A stretch of 63,965 bases of DNA, the filler included, from an uncultured bacterium (lineage in GTDB: Bacteria; CAZSTA01): assembly GCA_964609495.1 (NCBI GenBank). It is 11 parts of 11 records of this genome, joined end to end, with 100 filler letters (N's around TTAATTAATTAA, not from the genome) between each part and the next. Parts side by side here need not be neighbours in the genome. Positions count along the whole stretch, not along the records: positions 12,478 to 18,589 come from CAZSTA010000214.1; positions 18,690 to 24,796 come from CAZSTA010000215.1; positions 24,897 to 30,864 come from CAZSTA010000217.1; 8 more parts are not named here. The stretch is one strand, 5' to 3'. The translations under genes and the position numbers were made by a program. Position 1 is the stretch's first letter. The number at the start of each line of letters is the position of its first letter. Positions 16,438-26,506 of this stretch are shown piece after piece. The notes below the pieces were generated by a model. That model searched no databases and had not been told where the DNA came from. It saw only the letters and a program-made list of their open reading frames with translations.

Positions 16438-18582
16438 ATGTCCGATTCGAGTGATATAAGAGGGATGGAGGGAGAAATCCCTTCCTCTATAGCATGGTAT
16501 TCCCTCTCAATAGAGAAGATCATCGAAAAATTTAATACCGATGTAGAAAATGGTCTGTCATCTCCAGAAGCTTCCTCTCGATTGAGGAGGTATGGTCCTA
16601 ATAAGTTAAGAGAGGTTAAGGGAGTCCCTACCTGGATTATACTTCTTAACCAATTTAAGAGCTTGATCGTGGTGCTTCTTCTGATAGCCACGGGGATAGC
16701 CCTCTTCTTGGGAGATAATATCGAGGCGCTTGCTGTATTTATGGTTATAATCTTGAACGCGGCTTTTGGCTTCTTCACGGAGTGGAGAGCCGAGAAATCT
16801 ATGCAGTCCTTGAAAAATTTGGTCGTTCCTAAAGCCAGGGTGGTCCGAGATGGTGATGTTGATGAGATTCTCGCCACAGACCTAGTTCCAGGTGATATTA
16901 TCCTCCTCGAGGCGGGAGATCGAGTCCCAGCCGACGGCCGATTGGTGGAGGCAGTGGATCTATCCCTACAGGAGGCGGCCTTGACCGGGGAATCGCTCAG
17001 CGTTCGCAAGGATCCCGAGGTGGTTGTTGGGGAGAATACCCCCTTGGGGGACCGAGTCAATATGGTATATATGAGTATGATCGTCACTGAAGGACGAGGG
17101 AAGGCTATTGTAGTCAAGACTGGAATGAAGACCGAGGTGGGGCAGATAAGTGGGATGATCGAAGGTGCTGGGGAGGAGATGACCCCTTTAGAACGCAGAT
17201 TAGAGAGGTTGGGGCGCTACCTCGTGATCTTATGCTTTGGGATCTCAGTCATCATAATTATAGCTGGAATCCTTCGTGGACTGCCCTCTATAGACATGCT
17301 CAGAACTGGCTTGAGCTTAGCGATAGCTGCCGTGCCTGAGGGTTTGCCAGTGGTGGCAACGATTACTCTGGCGATAGGGATGCGTCGGATGGCTCGTCGC
17401 AACGCTATAATCCGCAGACTCCCTGCGGTGGAGACGCTGGGATGCACCACTACTATATGTACCGATAAGACTGGGACGCTCACCGAAAATGAGCTTATGG
17501 TCCGAGAGATATATCTTCATCCTGATACGATTAAAGTCACTGGGGAGGGCTATGTTCCTGAAGGGACCTTCGATCTCGAGGGAAAGAAGGCGAGGAAGGA
17601 TGAGCGCTTGAGGATGGCGCTCAAGATAGCGGCTCTCTGTAATAACGCCGCTCTTGATGAGGAGGTCGAGACTGGTGGAGTCTCGTGGGATGTGATCGGG
17701 GATCCGACGGAGGGCGCTCTCTTGGTAGCCGCGGAGAAGATCGGCTATCAACCGAAGGAGTTGAGGAAGGAGTATCCTCGCTTGGACGAGCTTCCCTTTG
17801 ATTCCGATAAGAAGATTATGGCTACCCTCCACGAGGTTAGGGATGGAGAAAATCCTTCTTCCTCTACACATCGGCTATTAGGGGTTAAAGGAGCTTTAGA
17901 GGTCATATTGGATAGTTGTGATTATGTATATAAAGGAACAGAAATAATTCTGCTTACTGACGAGGATAGGGAAGCGATCTCCGTCCAAGCTGATGAGATG
18001 GCAAAGAGGGCTTTGCGTGTTCTTACCGTGGCTTATAAAGAGCTTCCGGTCTCTCAAGATAGTGTAGAGGATAACGATATACAAGGTCTAACTTTCTTGG
18101 GGTTAATGGGGATGACCGATTCACCTCGACCAGAGGCGGAGGGAGCTATAGAGGAGTGCCAAACTGCTGGGATCAAAGTGATTATGATCACTGGCGATAA
18201 CAAGATTACCGCTGAGGTTATAGCTAAGGAATTGGGTCTAGCCTCTGATGATTCGCTTATCTTGGACTACTCTGAGATCGATTTCAAAGATAGGGAAGAG
18301 CTAAAGGAGATAGTAAAGAAGGTTACCGTTTATTCTCGGGTCTCTCCAGCCGATAAGCTCAATATCGTTGATGCTCTTCAGGAGAATGGTGAGATCGTAG
18401 CGATGACTGGGGATGGAGTTAACGATGCGCCAGCTCTGAAGACCGCGGATATAGGGATCTCGATGGGGCAGACAGGAACGGATGTTGCGCAGGAAGCCTC
18501 CGATATGGTGTTGGCGGATGATAACTTCGCAACGATTGTGGCCGCGGTTGAGGAGGGAAGGGTAATCTATGCAAATATCTAG
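16438..18582 (+). CDS. Cation-transporting P-type ATPase (P2A, Ca2+-type), C-terminal TM region missing
   Basis: LTGES, PEGL, DKTGT, GDPTE, TGDN, GDGVND; ends in TAG 7 nt before the contig end. Confidence 0.88.
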   Translation: MSDSSDIRGMEGEIPSSIAWYSLSIEKIIEKFNTDVENGLSSPEASSRLRRYGPNKLREVKGVPTWIILLNQFKSLIVVLLLIATGIALFLGDNIEALAVFMVIILNAAFGFFTEWRAEKSMQSLKNLVVPKARVVRDGDVDEILATDLVPGDIILLEAGDRVPADGRLVEAVDLSLQEAALTGESLSVRKDPEVVVGENTPLGDRVNMVYMSMIVTEGRGKAIVVKTGMKTEVGQISGMIEGAGEEMTPLERRLERLGRYLVILCFGISVIIIIAGILRGLPSIDMLRTGLSLAIAAVPEGLPVVATITLAIGMRRMARRNAIIRRLPAVETLGCTTTICTDKTGTLTENELMVREIYLHPDTIKVTGEGYVPEGTFDLEGKKARKDERLRMALKIAALCNNAALDEEVETGGVSWDVIGDPTEGALLVAAEKIGYQPKELRKEYPRLDELPFDSDKKIMATLHEVRDGENPSSSTHRLLGVKGALEVILDSCDYVYKGTEIILLTDEDREAISVQADEMAKRALRVLTVAYKELPVSQDSVEDNDIQGLTFLGLMGMTDSPRPEAEGAIEECQTAGIKVIMITGDNKITAEVIAKELGLASDDSLILDYSEIDFKDREELKEIVKKVTVYSRVSPADKLNIVDALQENGEIVAMTGDGVNDAPALKTADIGISMGQTGTDVAQEASDMVLADDNFATIVAAVEEGRVIYANI
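16453..16487 (-). repeat. Diverged B repeat in frame in the ATPase N-terminus
   Basis: Reverse complement GAGGAAGGGATTTCTCCCTCCATCCCTCTTATATC matches the B consensus at 24/35; all mismatches are transitions. Confidence 0.65.
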
Positions 18583-18589
18583 AAGTTTA

Positions 18590-18689
18590 NNNNNNNNNNN
18601 NNNNNNNNNNNNNNNNNNNNNNNNNNNNNNNNNTTAATTAATTAANNNNNNNNNNNNNNNNNNNNNNNNNNNNNNNNNNNNNNNNNNNN
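18590..18689. other. Artificial contig linker
   Basis: Same 100-nt linker. Confidence 0.98.
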
Positions 18690-20945
18690 CTTCGAGGGTT
18701 TATCAGTGCGGTAGGTGCAACCATAGCTTATGTAACTTCCCGCAGGTAATTTCTTCACTTGAGCCACTTGGGTCTTAAACGAAAGAGCAGGTTTAAAATC
18801 AGGAGGACACTTGACCTCATCGGAAGGGTTAAGTCCATAGATGGCAATCCCCGGTCGCACTAGATTGAAGTGGGTCTCTGGCATCTCTAATACAGCCGCG
18901 CTATTAGCCGTATGTATATAGGGAATATGAATAGAATGAGCAGAAAGCTCTCTCAGGACCCTCTTGAATAAACTTAATTGGTAGATAGTATAACTCTTAT
19001 CTCTACAGTCGGACTTAGCGAAATGGGTGAAGATCCCCTCGATTATCAGATTGGGAAGTTTTCTCAATCTCTGGATAAAGCCTAATACCTCCTCCGGTAA
19101 CAATCCTAATCTTCCCATTCCCGTATCGACTTTGATATGAACTTTGGCTTGGGTGTTAAGTGAAGTAGCCGCCCTGGATAAGGCTTCTGCTACATCCATA
19201 GAATAGAGGGTAGCGGTTATATTGTACTTGACAACATCTCTTGCCTGCCAAGCAGGGGTATAGCCAAGAATCAGTATCTCTGCGATTATCCCTGCTTGAC
19301 GTAAGGTTATCCCTTCATTTAAACAAGCCACTCCTAACTGGGAGGCAGAATTGTTTAGGGCGGTTCGTCCCACCTTCACCGCTCCATGTCCATATCCATC
19401 AGCTTTTAAGACCGCCATTAGCTCTACCCTATTCCCGATTATCTCCTTGAGCCTTCGGACATTATAAGCGATCGCATTTAGATCGACCTCGATCCAGGTG
19501 GGTCTCTCTCTAGGGCTCGTGGTCTTGATCTGCTTCCAAGCGGAGTTTTGACGAACTAGCACTTTTTTAGCCTCAGTTCGATCTGCTAATAAGCTTTCCG
19601 AAATTATCTCCATACGCGATGCTGGAGAACCCTTCACCAGGATCACATCACCTGAAGATATTATATCGACTGCTCTTTTAGAGGCTTCATCTGGAGTATA
19701 AGTGATAAAGACCCTATTCTCGGGCAAGCCCCATCTCTTTGCCTCCTCAGCTATAAGCTCGGCTTTATCCCCCTTAGTTATCAGATAATCCACTATCCGA
19801 GAAGCCCTTCTTCCAACTTGTCTATGGGCTGTTTCCTCGAAGCTACCAAGCTCTAGCATATCTCCTAAGATAGCTATCTTGCGTCTGTTATGCATTTGAG
19901 CTAAGACATCTAGCGCCGCCAGAGTTGAGAGCGGATTCGCGTTGTAGCTATCATCAATAAGGAGACTATTATTTATCCCCCTCAAGGGATTTAGGCGCCC
20001 TTTGAAAGCGACAAGCTCGCTCAATCTTTTGAGGATCTCCTCTATGGATAAACCACAGACGATCCCCACCGAGGTCGCCGCAAGAGCAGTATAGATGTTA
20101 TGTCTGCCCAGAAGAGAGAGCGTAACTTGTTCCACCCTCCCGTTATAGTGGAGCTTGAAAGCGATCCCCTCTTCACTCGAAACGATATCATCAGCGAAGA
20201 TATCGGCTTTACTATTTGTGCCATAGAAGATGACGTTCGCCTGAGTCCTCCTTGACATCGCACGAACTAACTCATCGTCATAGTTGAGAATAGCGAATCC
20301 CTCTTTCGGAAGGGATTCTATCAATCTTCCCTTCTCCCTAGCGATATTCTCGATAGAGCCGAGGTATTCCAGATGAGCAGGACCTATCTGAGTTATCAAC
20401 CCGATAGTAGGAGGGGCGATCTGACATAGTTCCTCGATCTCGTTGAAGCTATCGCAAGCCATCTCCAAGACCGCCTTCTGGTGTTCAGGAAGTAGTTTAC
20501 CTAAGGATATCGGCAGACCGTAGAGATCGTTATAATTACCATGGCTCTTGAAGACTTTGAACGAGGCATCTAAAACTTCGGCGATGGCTTCTTTGGTGCT
20601 GGTCTTTCCTACACTACCAGTGACTCCAATAACTTCGGGTTTATATTTCTTTAGGATAAAACTGGCCCATTGCTTTATCGCTTCCTTAGTGTTATTCACG
20701 ACAATACAGGTGGACTTATGTCTGCTTAGATCGAGCTCCTCCTCGCATAATATTCCCCCAGCCCTGGCTTGACAGGCGCTTTCTATATAATCATGCCCAT
20801 CAGCCCTCTCAGTTCTCACTGCTAAAAAAAGCTCGCCTGGGTTTAGAAGGCGAGAGTCATAACAGAAATCGCTAAATTCTCTTTTATATATATCACCGAA
20901 GATCCTACCCCTAGTTGCCTCTAAGATATCATTTAGAAAGATCAT
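18690..20945 (-). CDS. murF-alr: Bifunctional MurF / alanine racemase fusion, 3' truncated
   Basis: GVTGSVGKTSTKE, DDSYNANP, LGDMLELG, then AVLKADGYGHG, KVDTGMGRLG, VRPGIAIYG. Confidence 0.92.
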
Positions 20946-20964
20946 TTTTTATTCACCGAAAACT

Positions 20965-22452
20965 TTAAACAGCCGTTATCTCAATTGGATAAGTTCTTCT
21001 TATAGGCGGTGCTGTATCCTCGGGATGAAGCTTCTCTAATATCTGAGTCCCGACTTTCCAGATATCACCGGCGCCCATAGTGATCAATACATTTCCCGCC
21101 TCGAGGTTATCACAGAGGTGATCAGCTATATCCGTGGACTTACCTATGTAATTGGCATCAGGATGAGACATCAACTCCAGGATATTCTTACTGCTGATTC
21201 CAAGATCATCCTTTTCCCTGGCAGAGGCATATATATCAGCGATTATAACCTTATCAGCGGAATAGAAAGCCTGGGCGAAATCACTTAAAAAGAATTTAGT
21301 TCGACTATAAGTATGAGGCTGAAACACACAGCAGATCTTCTTGTCCGGGAATCGCTGGCGGGCTGCCTCTAAGGTAACTCTTATCTCCGTAGGATGATGA
21401 GCATAATCATCGATAACTATTATACCTCGAACCGTTCCTATATGCTCAAAACGGCGACGAGCACCATGAAAACAAGCCAAAGTCCCTCTGACACTATCCA
21501 TATCTACCCCCAAGACGGAAGCCACCGCGATAGCTGCTAAGGCGTTACTGACATTGTGCATACCGGGTAAGCGCAGAGTGAATTCTCCTATATTTTTATC
21601 ATAGTTCAAAGCGGTAAAGTGAGTTTTACCAAACGAATCGAGGCTTATATCTTCTGCTCTCCATTGAGAATCGCTGTTCAGTCCATAAGTTATCGTGTGG
21701 CGATCTAGGTCAGCGATAACCTCTCTAACTTGAGGATCATCCATACAAGCTACTATTGAACCATTATGTCTAACTTGGCTGAGAAATTTATGAAAAGCCT
21801 CCTTTATAGCTTCGAGATCGCGATAGTAATCTAGATGTTCAGGCTCGATATTGGTCACCACCCCTATGTATGGCGCAAGCGTAAGGAAGGAGCTATCGAA
21901 CTCGTCTGCCTCAGCGACTAGATAGGAACTATATCCCAGTTTAGCATTGGTATCTAAATCGATCAATTCACCTCCTATGAGGATAGTGGGGTCGAGTCCA
22001 GCCCTCTCTAGTATAAGAGATATCATAGAGGAGGTGGTAGTTTTGCCATGGGTCCCACTTATAGCTATTCCTTGCTTCTTATTCATCAAAATTCCAAGCA
22101 TCTGAGATCTTTTAAGGATCGGGATACCTAGGTTATGAGCCTCCTGAAGCTCAAGGTGATCCTCTCCGTAAGCAGAAGAGGTTATTATAAGGTCGGCTCC
22201 ATTAATGTTATCTCTTTTAAATCCTATATATACCTTAGCTCCTCTCTCTTCCAACTTGGTCGCCAATCTCCATTTACCGTTTTCCGAGCCAGAGATTTTA
22301 TATCCCAGTTCTAGGAAAACCTTAGCGATGGCGCTATTTCCAACCCCGCCGATCCCCACGAAGTGAATATGAAGATTATTATCATTAGTCCATATCCTCT
22401 CTTCTAAATTGGACAAAGCTGTGCTATTGATCATTACCATTCCTTTCTCCAA
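20965..22452 (-). CDS. murC: UDP-N-acetylmuramate--L-alanine ligase
   Basis: HFVGIGGVG, GTHGKTTT, EADE, DDYAHHPTEI, FQPHTYSRT; start may be a few codons downstream. Confidence 0.93.
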   Translation of the reverse strand: MEKGMVMINSTALSNLEERIWTNDNNLHIHFVGIGGVGNSAIAKVFLELGYKISGSENGKWRLATKLEERGAKVYIGFKRDNINGADLIITSSAYGEDHLELQEAHNLGIPILKRSQMLGILMNKKQGIAISGTHGKTTTSSMISLILERAGLDPTILIGGELIDLDTNAKLGYSSYLVAEADEFDSSFLTLAPYIGVVTNIEPEHLDYYRDLEAIKEAFHKFLSQVRHNGSIVACMDDPQVREVIADLDRHTITYGLNSDSQWRAEDISLDSFGKTHFTALNYDKNIGEFTLRLPGMHNVSNALAAIAVASVLGVDMDSVRGTLACFHGARRRFEHIGTVRGIIVIDDYAHHPTEIRVTLEAARQRFPDKKICCVFQPHTYSRTKFFLSDFAQAFYSADKVIIADIYASAREKDDLGISSKNILELMSHPDANYIGKSTDIADHLCDNLEAGNVLITMGAGDIWKVGTQILEKLHPEDTAPPIRRTYPIEITAV

Positions 22453-22474
22453 GCAATTTTTATAGAATAGGTCA

Positions 22475-23431
22475 TCACCAAGGTATCAAAGCTAACATTC
22501 CGATCAAGGCTAAGATCAGGCTTCCCGCCCAAAACCACCGAACGATCTCGACCTCACCCCATCCCAATAACTCCAGATGGTGATGATAGGGACTCATCTT
22601 AAAGATCCTCTTGCCTCTCAATTTGAAGGAGGCGACTTGTAGGACCACCGATAGGGTTTCCCACAAGAATAATCCTCCTATTATAATCAATAATAATTCC
22701 GCTTTAGCTAAAATGGCAATGGAAGCTAAAGATGCTCCTAAAGCTAGAGAGCCAGTATCACCCATAAATATTTTAGCTGGATGTCTGTTAAAGTAGAGAA
22801 ATCCTAGACAAGCACCGCATAAAGCCGCACAGGTGATACCGAGTAGTTGCTGGCCACTCTGAATAGCGATGATCAGATAGGCTAGAGATACTATAGCGGC
22901 GCTACCTCCGGCTAATCCATCTAAACCGTCAGTTATATTAACCGCATTTGAAGAAGCTACTATCACCAAAGTAGCAAAGGGCAGATAGAACCACCCCAAC
23001 TCGATCTTGGAATCACTGAAGGGGATATTTATCTCGGAATTTCCATATCCCATCCGGAGGATTAAATAAGTGAATAAAGCTCCGAATAATATCTGAAGAA
23101 CGAATTTATATCTGGCTTTAACCCCCAGCGATCTCCCCTTTTTCACAGAAATATAATCGTCAATAAAGCCAAGTAACCCGAAGCTCATCACTGGAAATAG
23201 CATCAGCAAGGTATAAACAGAAGGATTTAATAATGTATTGGTGAGGATAAAGGAGGAGATAATGGCTATCCCTCCCATAGTAGGGATCCCTGCTTTGCTG
23301 AAATGAGAAGAGGGACCATCTTCCCTTATATTCTGTCCTATACTTTTCTTTCTTAAGAGACCTATCAAGGCGAAGCTGAATATTAAGGACATAGCGAAAG
23401 AAAAGAGAAGGGTTAAGATCAGCTTATTCAT
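22475..23431 (-). CDS. mraY: Phospho-N-acetylmuramoyl-pentapeptide transferase
   Basis: PTMGG, GFIDD, NAVNITDGLDGL, FMGDTGS, HHH. Confidence 0.95.
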   Translation of the reverse strand: MNKLILTLLFSFAMSLIFSFALIGLLRKKSIGQNIREDGPSSHFSKAGIPTMGGIAIISSFILTNTLLNPSVYTLLMLFPVMSFGLLGFIDDYISVKKGRSLGVKARYKFVLQILFGALFTYLILRMGYGNSEINIPFSDSKIELGWFYLPFATLVIVASSNAVNITDGLDGLAGGSAAIVSLAYLIIAIQSGQQLLGITCAALCGACLGFLYFNRHPAKIFMGDTGSLALGASLASIAILAKAELLLIIIGGLFLWETLSVVLQVASFKLRGKRIFKMSPYHHHLELLGWGEVEIVRWFWAGSLILALIGMLALIPW

Positions 23432-23448
23432 ATCGACACTCGCTTTCT

Positions 23449-24402
23449 CTATATCTTAGGGGCAAAGGCAGTGAATAATAACTCCGAAACTAATTCGTCA
23501 AAGGATATACCATCGGCCTCAGCGGCTAGAGGAAGATCGCTCGTCTCCGTCATACCCGGTATAGTGTTTACATCTAATACGTAAGGTGTTCCCTCATCGC
23601 TTAGGATCATATCGACCCTAGATACTCCCTGGCATCCTAAAGTGTTATGAGCGGCAAGGGCTATTCTTTGTGACTCTCGGTATAGATCAGGAGGAATATG
23701 AGCTGGGATGAAAAATTCCGTCATACCTTTGGTATATTTAGCTTCATAATCATAGAAATCCTTTTTGGGAACTAACTCTATCACCGGCAAAGCTCTCTGC
23801 TTCTCTCCTACACCTAGGATGCCCACAGTAAGCTCTCGACCTGGGATGTAATTCTCTATAAATACATATCGAAAATGAGTGGAAACTTCCCCGTAAGCTT
23901 TCCCTAACTCGTCTCTCCTTCTGACTAAGTGAACGCCTACACTCGAACCCTCAGCTACGGGTTTTACCATCATCGGGAAATCGAATATTTCTTCGCATCT
24001 TTTTAGGAAATCCTCATCGCTCTCGTCCCTCTCTTTAATCAGATATGGAGGAGTCGGGATGTGATTGCTAATAAATAATTTTTTAGCCATAATTTTATTC
24101 ATAGCTAAGGCGCTGGATAAAACTCCCGATCCAGTATAAGGTATATCTAAAGTCTCTAGTAGCCCTTGAACCGTCCCATCTTCCCCATATTTACCGTGCA
24201 GAGCTATGAAGACCAGATCGATCTTCTCCTTCTTTAAATCGGAGAGGATATTACCATTGACCATATCCACAGCAATAGCATTAAAGCCCTGCCTGATCAG
24301 AGAACCATATATGTTCTTACCGGTGCGAAGGGAAACTTCCCTCTCCGCCGAGCGTCCACCCATAATAACCGCTATCTTTTTACCTATTAACTTATCCTTC
24401 AT
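23449..24402 (-). CDS. ddl: D-alanine--D-alanine ligase
   Basis: GGRSAEREVS, LHGKYGEDG, EGSSVG, YDYEAKY, VNTIPG; ATG 24402 has an SD. Confidence 0.93.
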   Translation of the reverse strand: MKDKLIGKKIAVIMGGRSAEREVSLRTGKNIYGSLIRQGFNAIAVDMVNGNILSDLKKEKIDLVFIALHGKYGEDGTVQGLLETLDIPYTGSGVLSSALAMNKIMAKKLFISNHIPTPPYLIKERDESDEDFLKRCEEIFDFPMMVKPVAEGSSVGVHLVRRRDELGKAYGEVSTHFRYVFIENYIPGRELTVGILGVGEKQRALPVIELVPKKDFYDYEAKYTKGMTEFFIPAHIPPDLYRESQRIALAAHNTLGCQGVSRVDMILSDEGTPYVLDVNTIPGMTETSDLPLAAEADGISFDELVSELLFTAFAPKI

Positions 24403-24535
24403 CGCTCCGCTTCCTCCCCGAGAGTAAATATCATCTATAAGGTCAGCAATTTTTATTCCACATCCTTTAGAAAGCAAAATATCGTCTCATAGAGGGATTA
24501 TTTGATTAATTGATATATATCATATCGAGGGTTAG

Positions 24536-24775
24536 GTGATCTCTTATGTATCCTTTTCAACACAGTTATGTGTCAAATTTGAGACAATTTTGAGGGTAAA
24601 GGAGGCTAAGAAACAAGCCGAGGAGGGGCTTGAGATATTAGAGAGCAAGTTAGGTGAGAGATATTTGAAGGAGGGAGAATCGATAAAGTCGAGAGTAAGA
24701 GCGACTTCGGCTAAGCATAAAGTTGAGGGGTATCTTCTGGTTCTGCTTAATAGATTTCATCGATCCTACTTATAG
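24536..24775 (+). pseudogene. Possible transposase remnant (IS1634-like)
   Basis: Weak resemblance by eye of LEILESKLGERYLK...IKSRV....KHKVEGYL to an IS1634 internal segment; no DDE motifs or ends seen. Confidence 0.3.
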
Positions 24776-24796
24776 TATATCCAAGCTTTATCTTTA

Positions 24797-24896
24797 NNNN
24801 NNNNNNNNNNNNNNNNNNNNNNNNNNNNNNNNNNNNNNNNTTAATTAATTAANNNNNNNNNNNNNNNNNNNNNNNNNNNNNNNNNNNNNNNNNNNN
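24797..24896. other. Artificial contig linker
   Basis: Same 100-nt linker. Confidence 0.98.
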
Positions 24897-24908
24897 AAAG
24901 TTACCTTT
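24897..24908. repeat. One arm of an A hairpin at the contig edge
   Basis: AAAGTTACCTTT; contains the atpA stop codon. Confidence 0.6.
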
Positions 24909-26502
24909 CCTCGGTGCTAAAGATCTTCTTAAATTCCTGAACTCTCTTTTCTAATTCCATTTGGATCTCCTCGGTGAACTCATCGCTGCGGATCTTTCTC
25001 AGAATATCAAAAGCTTCCTCTCTCAAATACCGGAGAAGCTCATTTTCAAAACGCTTGACCTGATCCAGGGGCAGATCATCAAGATATCCCTGATTGGCGA
25101 TAGAGATTATAGCTACCTGTTCTTCAACAGACATCGGGGAATACTGAGGTTGCTTCAGAATCTCCATAATATGTTCACCACGAATAAGCTGACGACGAGC
25201 GGCTTCATTCAGCTCTGTTCCCAATTTAGAGAAGGAAGCTAGCTCTTGATATTGAGCGACATCCAACCTCAAATGTCCAGAGGCAGATTTCATAGCTTTA
25301 GTCTGAGCTCCACTCACTCTGGAGACCGATAGACCAATATCTATCGCTGGTCTAAAACCTTCGTTGAAGAGATCAAGATCCAAATATATTTGACCATCGG
25401 TGATCGATATTATATTGGTGGGGATATAGGCGGAGATATTTCCTGCCTTAGTCTCCACAATCGGCAAAGCGGTCATCGAGCCTCCTCCTAACTCGCTATT
25501 CAGTTTACCAGCTCGCTCCAATAAACGAGAATGGAGATAGAAGATATCGGCAGGGTAAGCCTCTCTACCAGGAGGACGTCTTAGAAGAAGAGAGATCTCT
25601 CGATAGGCATCAGCATGCTTTGTGAGATCGTCATAGACGATTAGGACATCCCGACCATTGAACATAAACTCCTCAGCCATAGCACATCCGGCGTAAGGAG
25701 CTAGATATAGCATAGCAGGTGGGTCATCAGCATCGGCCATAATAACTATAGTATGTTCCATAGCTTTGTACTCCTCTAGTACCGATATAAGGCGAGCCAT
25801 AGCGGCCTTCCTCTGCCCTATGCCCACATAGATACAAATCATTCCAGTATCGCGTTGATTTATTATGGCATCTATCGCAATAGCGGTTTTCCCTATATCC
25901 CTATCTCCGATAATCAATTCTCTCTGACCTCTTCCCAGAGAGAGTATCGCATCTATGATCTTGATCCCGGTCTGCATCGGTTCATTAACTATATCCCGAT
26001 CTATCACACTTGGGGCCTCACCTTCGATGAAACGATGACGCTCGGTCCTAATCGGTCCCTTCTCATCCAGAGGCTCTCCCAAAGGATTAACTACCCTTCC
26101 TAGGAGAGCCTCTCCCACCGGAACCTCGACCATCCTCCCGGTTCGTCGAACGCGATCACCCGCTTCCACACTGACTTCTGAGCCGACTAGGAGACATCCC
26201 ACCTCATTCCTCTCCAGGTTCAGAGTGAGTCCATATACCTTATCGGGAAACTCTAAAAGCTCATCGAGCATAGCTTGGGGCAAGCCCGATACCAGGACAA
26301 CCTCATTACCCACATAGGTTACAATACCTAGATCATCTATCTCTAAGTGGTATTTATAATTCTCCGCCCTGGATTTTAGCTCAGTTATCGTCTCTCTTGC
26401 CGCTACCTCCATATCATTCGTCATCAACTCACTGATGGGCTCTGCTTCCTCGCTCTTCGCTTCTCCATTTACCGCTCTCTTCGTATCGTCCATACCTGTC
26501 AA
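24901..26502 (-). CDS. atpA: F1 ATPase alpha subunit (N-ATPase type)
   Basis: GRGQRELIIGDRDIGKT, YDDLTKHA, RRPPGREAYP, SRLLERA, SITDGQI. Confidence 0.95.
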   Translation of the reverse strand: MTGMDDTKRAVNGEAKSEEAEPISELMTNDMEVAARETITELKSRAENYKYHLEIDDLGIVTYVGNEVVLVSGLPQAMLDELLEFPDKVYGLTLNLERNEVGCLLVGSEVSVEAGDRVRRTGRMVEVPVGEALLGRVVNPLGEPLDEKGPIRTERHRFIEGEAPSVIDRDIVNEPMQTGIKIIDAILSLGRGQRELIIGDRDIGKTAIAIDAIINQRDTGMICIYVGIGQRKAAMARLISVLEEYKAMEHTIVIMADADDPPAMLYLAPYAGCAMAEEFMFNGRDVLIVYDDLTKHADAYREISLLLRRPPGREAYPADIFYLHSRLLERAGKLNSELGGGSMTALPIVETKAGNISAYIPTNIISITDGQIYLDLDLFNEGFRPAIDIGLSVSRVSGAQTKAMKSASGHLRLDVAQYQELASFSKLGTELNEAARRQLIRGEHIMEILKQPQYSPMSVEEQVAIISIANQGYLDDLPLDQVKRFENELLRYLREEAFDILRKIRSDEFTEEIQMELEKRVQEFKKIFSTEER

Positions 26503-26506
26503 CTCC

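Noticed and set aside
16311-17117. 268-aa minus-strand ORF and similar shadow ORFs (3201-3695, 33091-33618, 34003-34482, 56938-57426)
   Set aside because: Antisense or off-frame to well-supported genes, with no recognisable motifs
17839-17866. Possible degenerate B copy in the ATPase N-domain loop (RDGENPSSST)
   Set aside because: Needs gaps to align and lies in a naturally variable loop; not counted
18580-18582. Genome-wide TAG reassignment
   Set aside because: rpsL, atpD, EF-G2, vapC and others end normally at TAG
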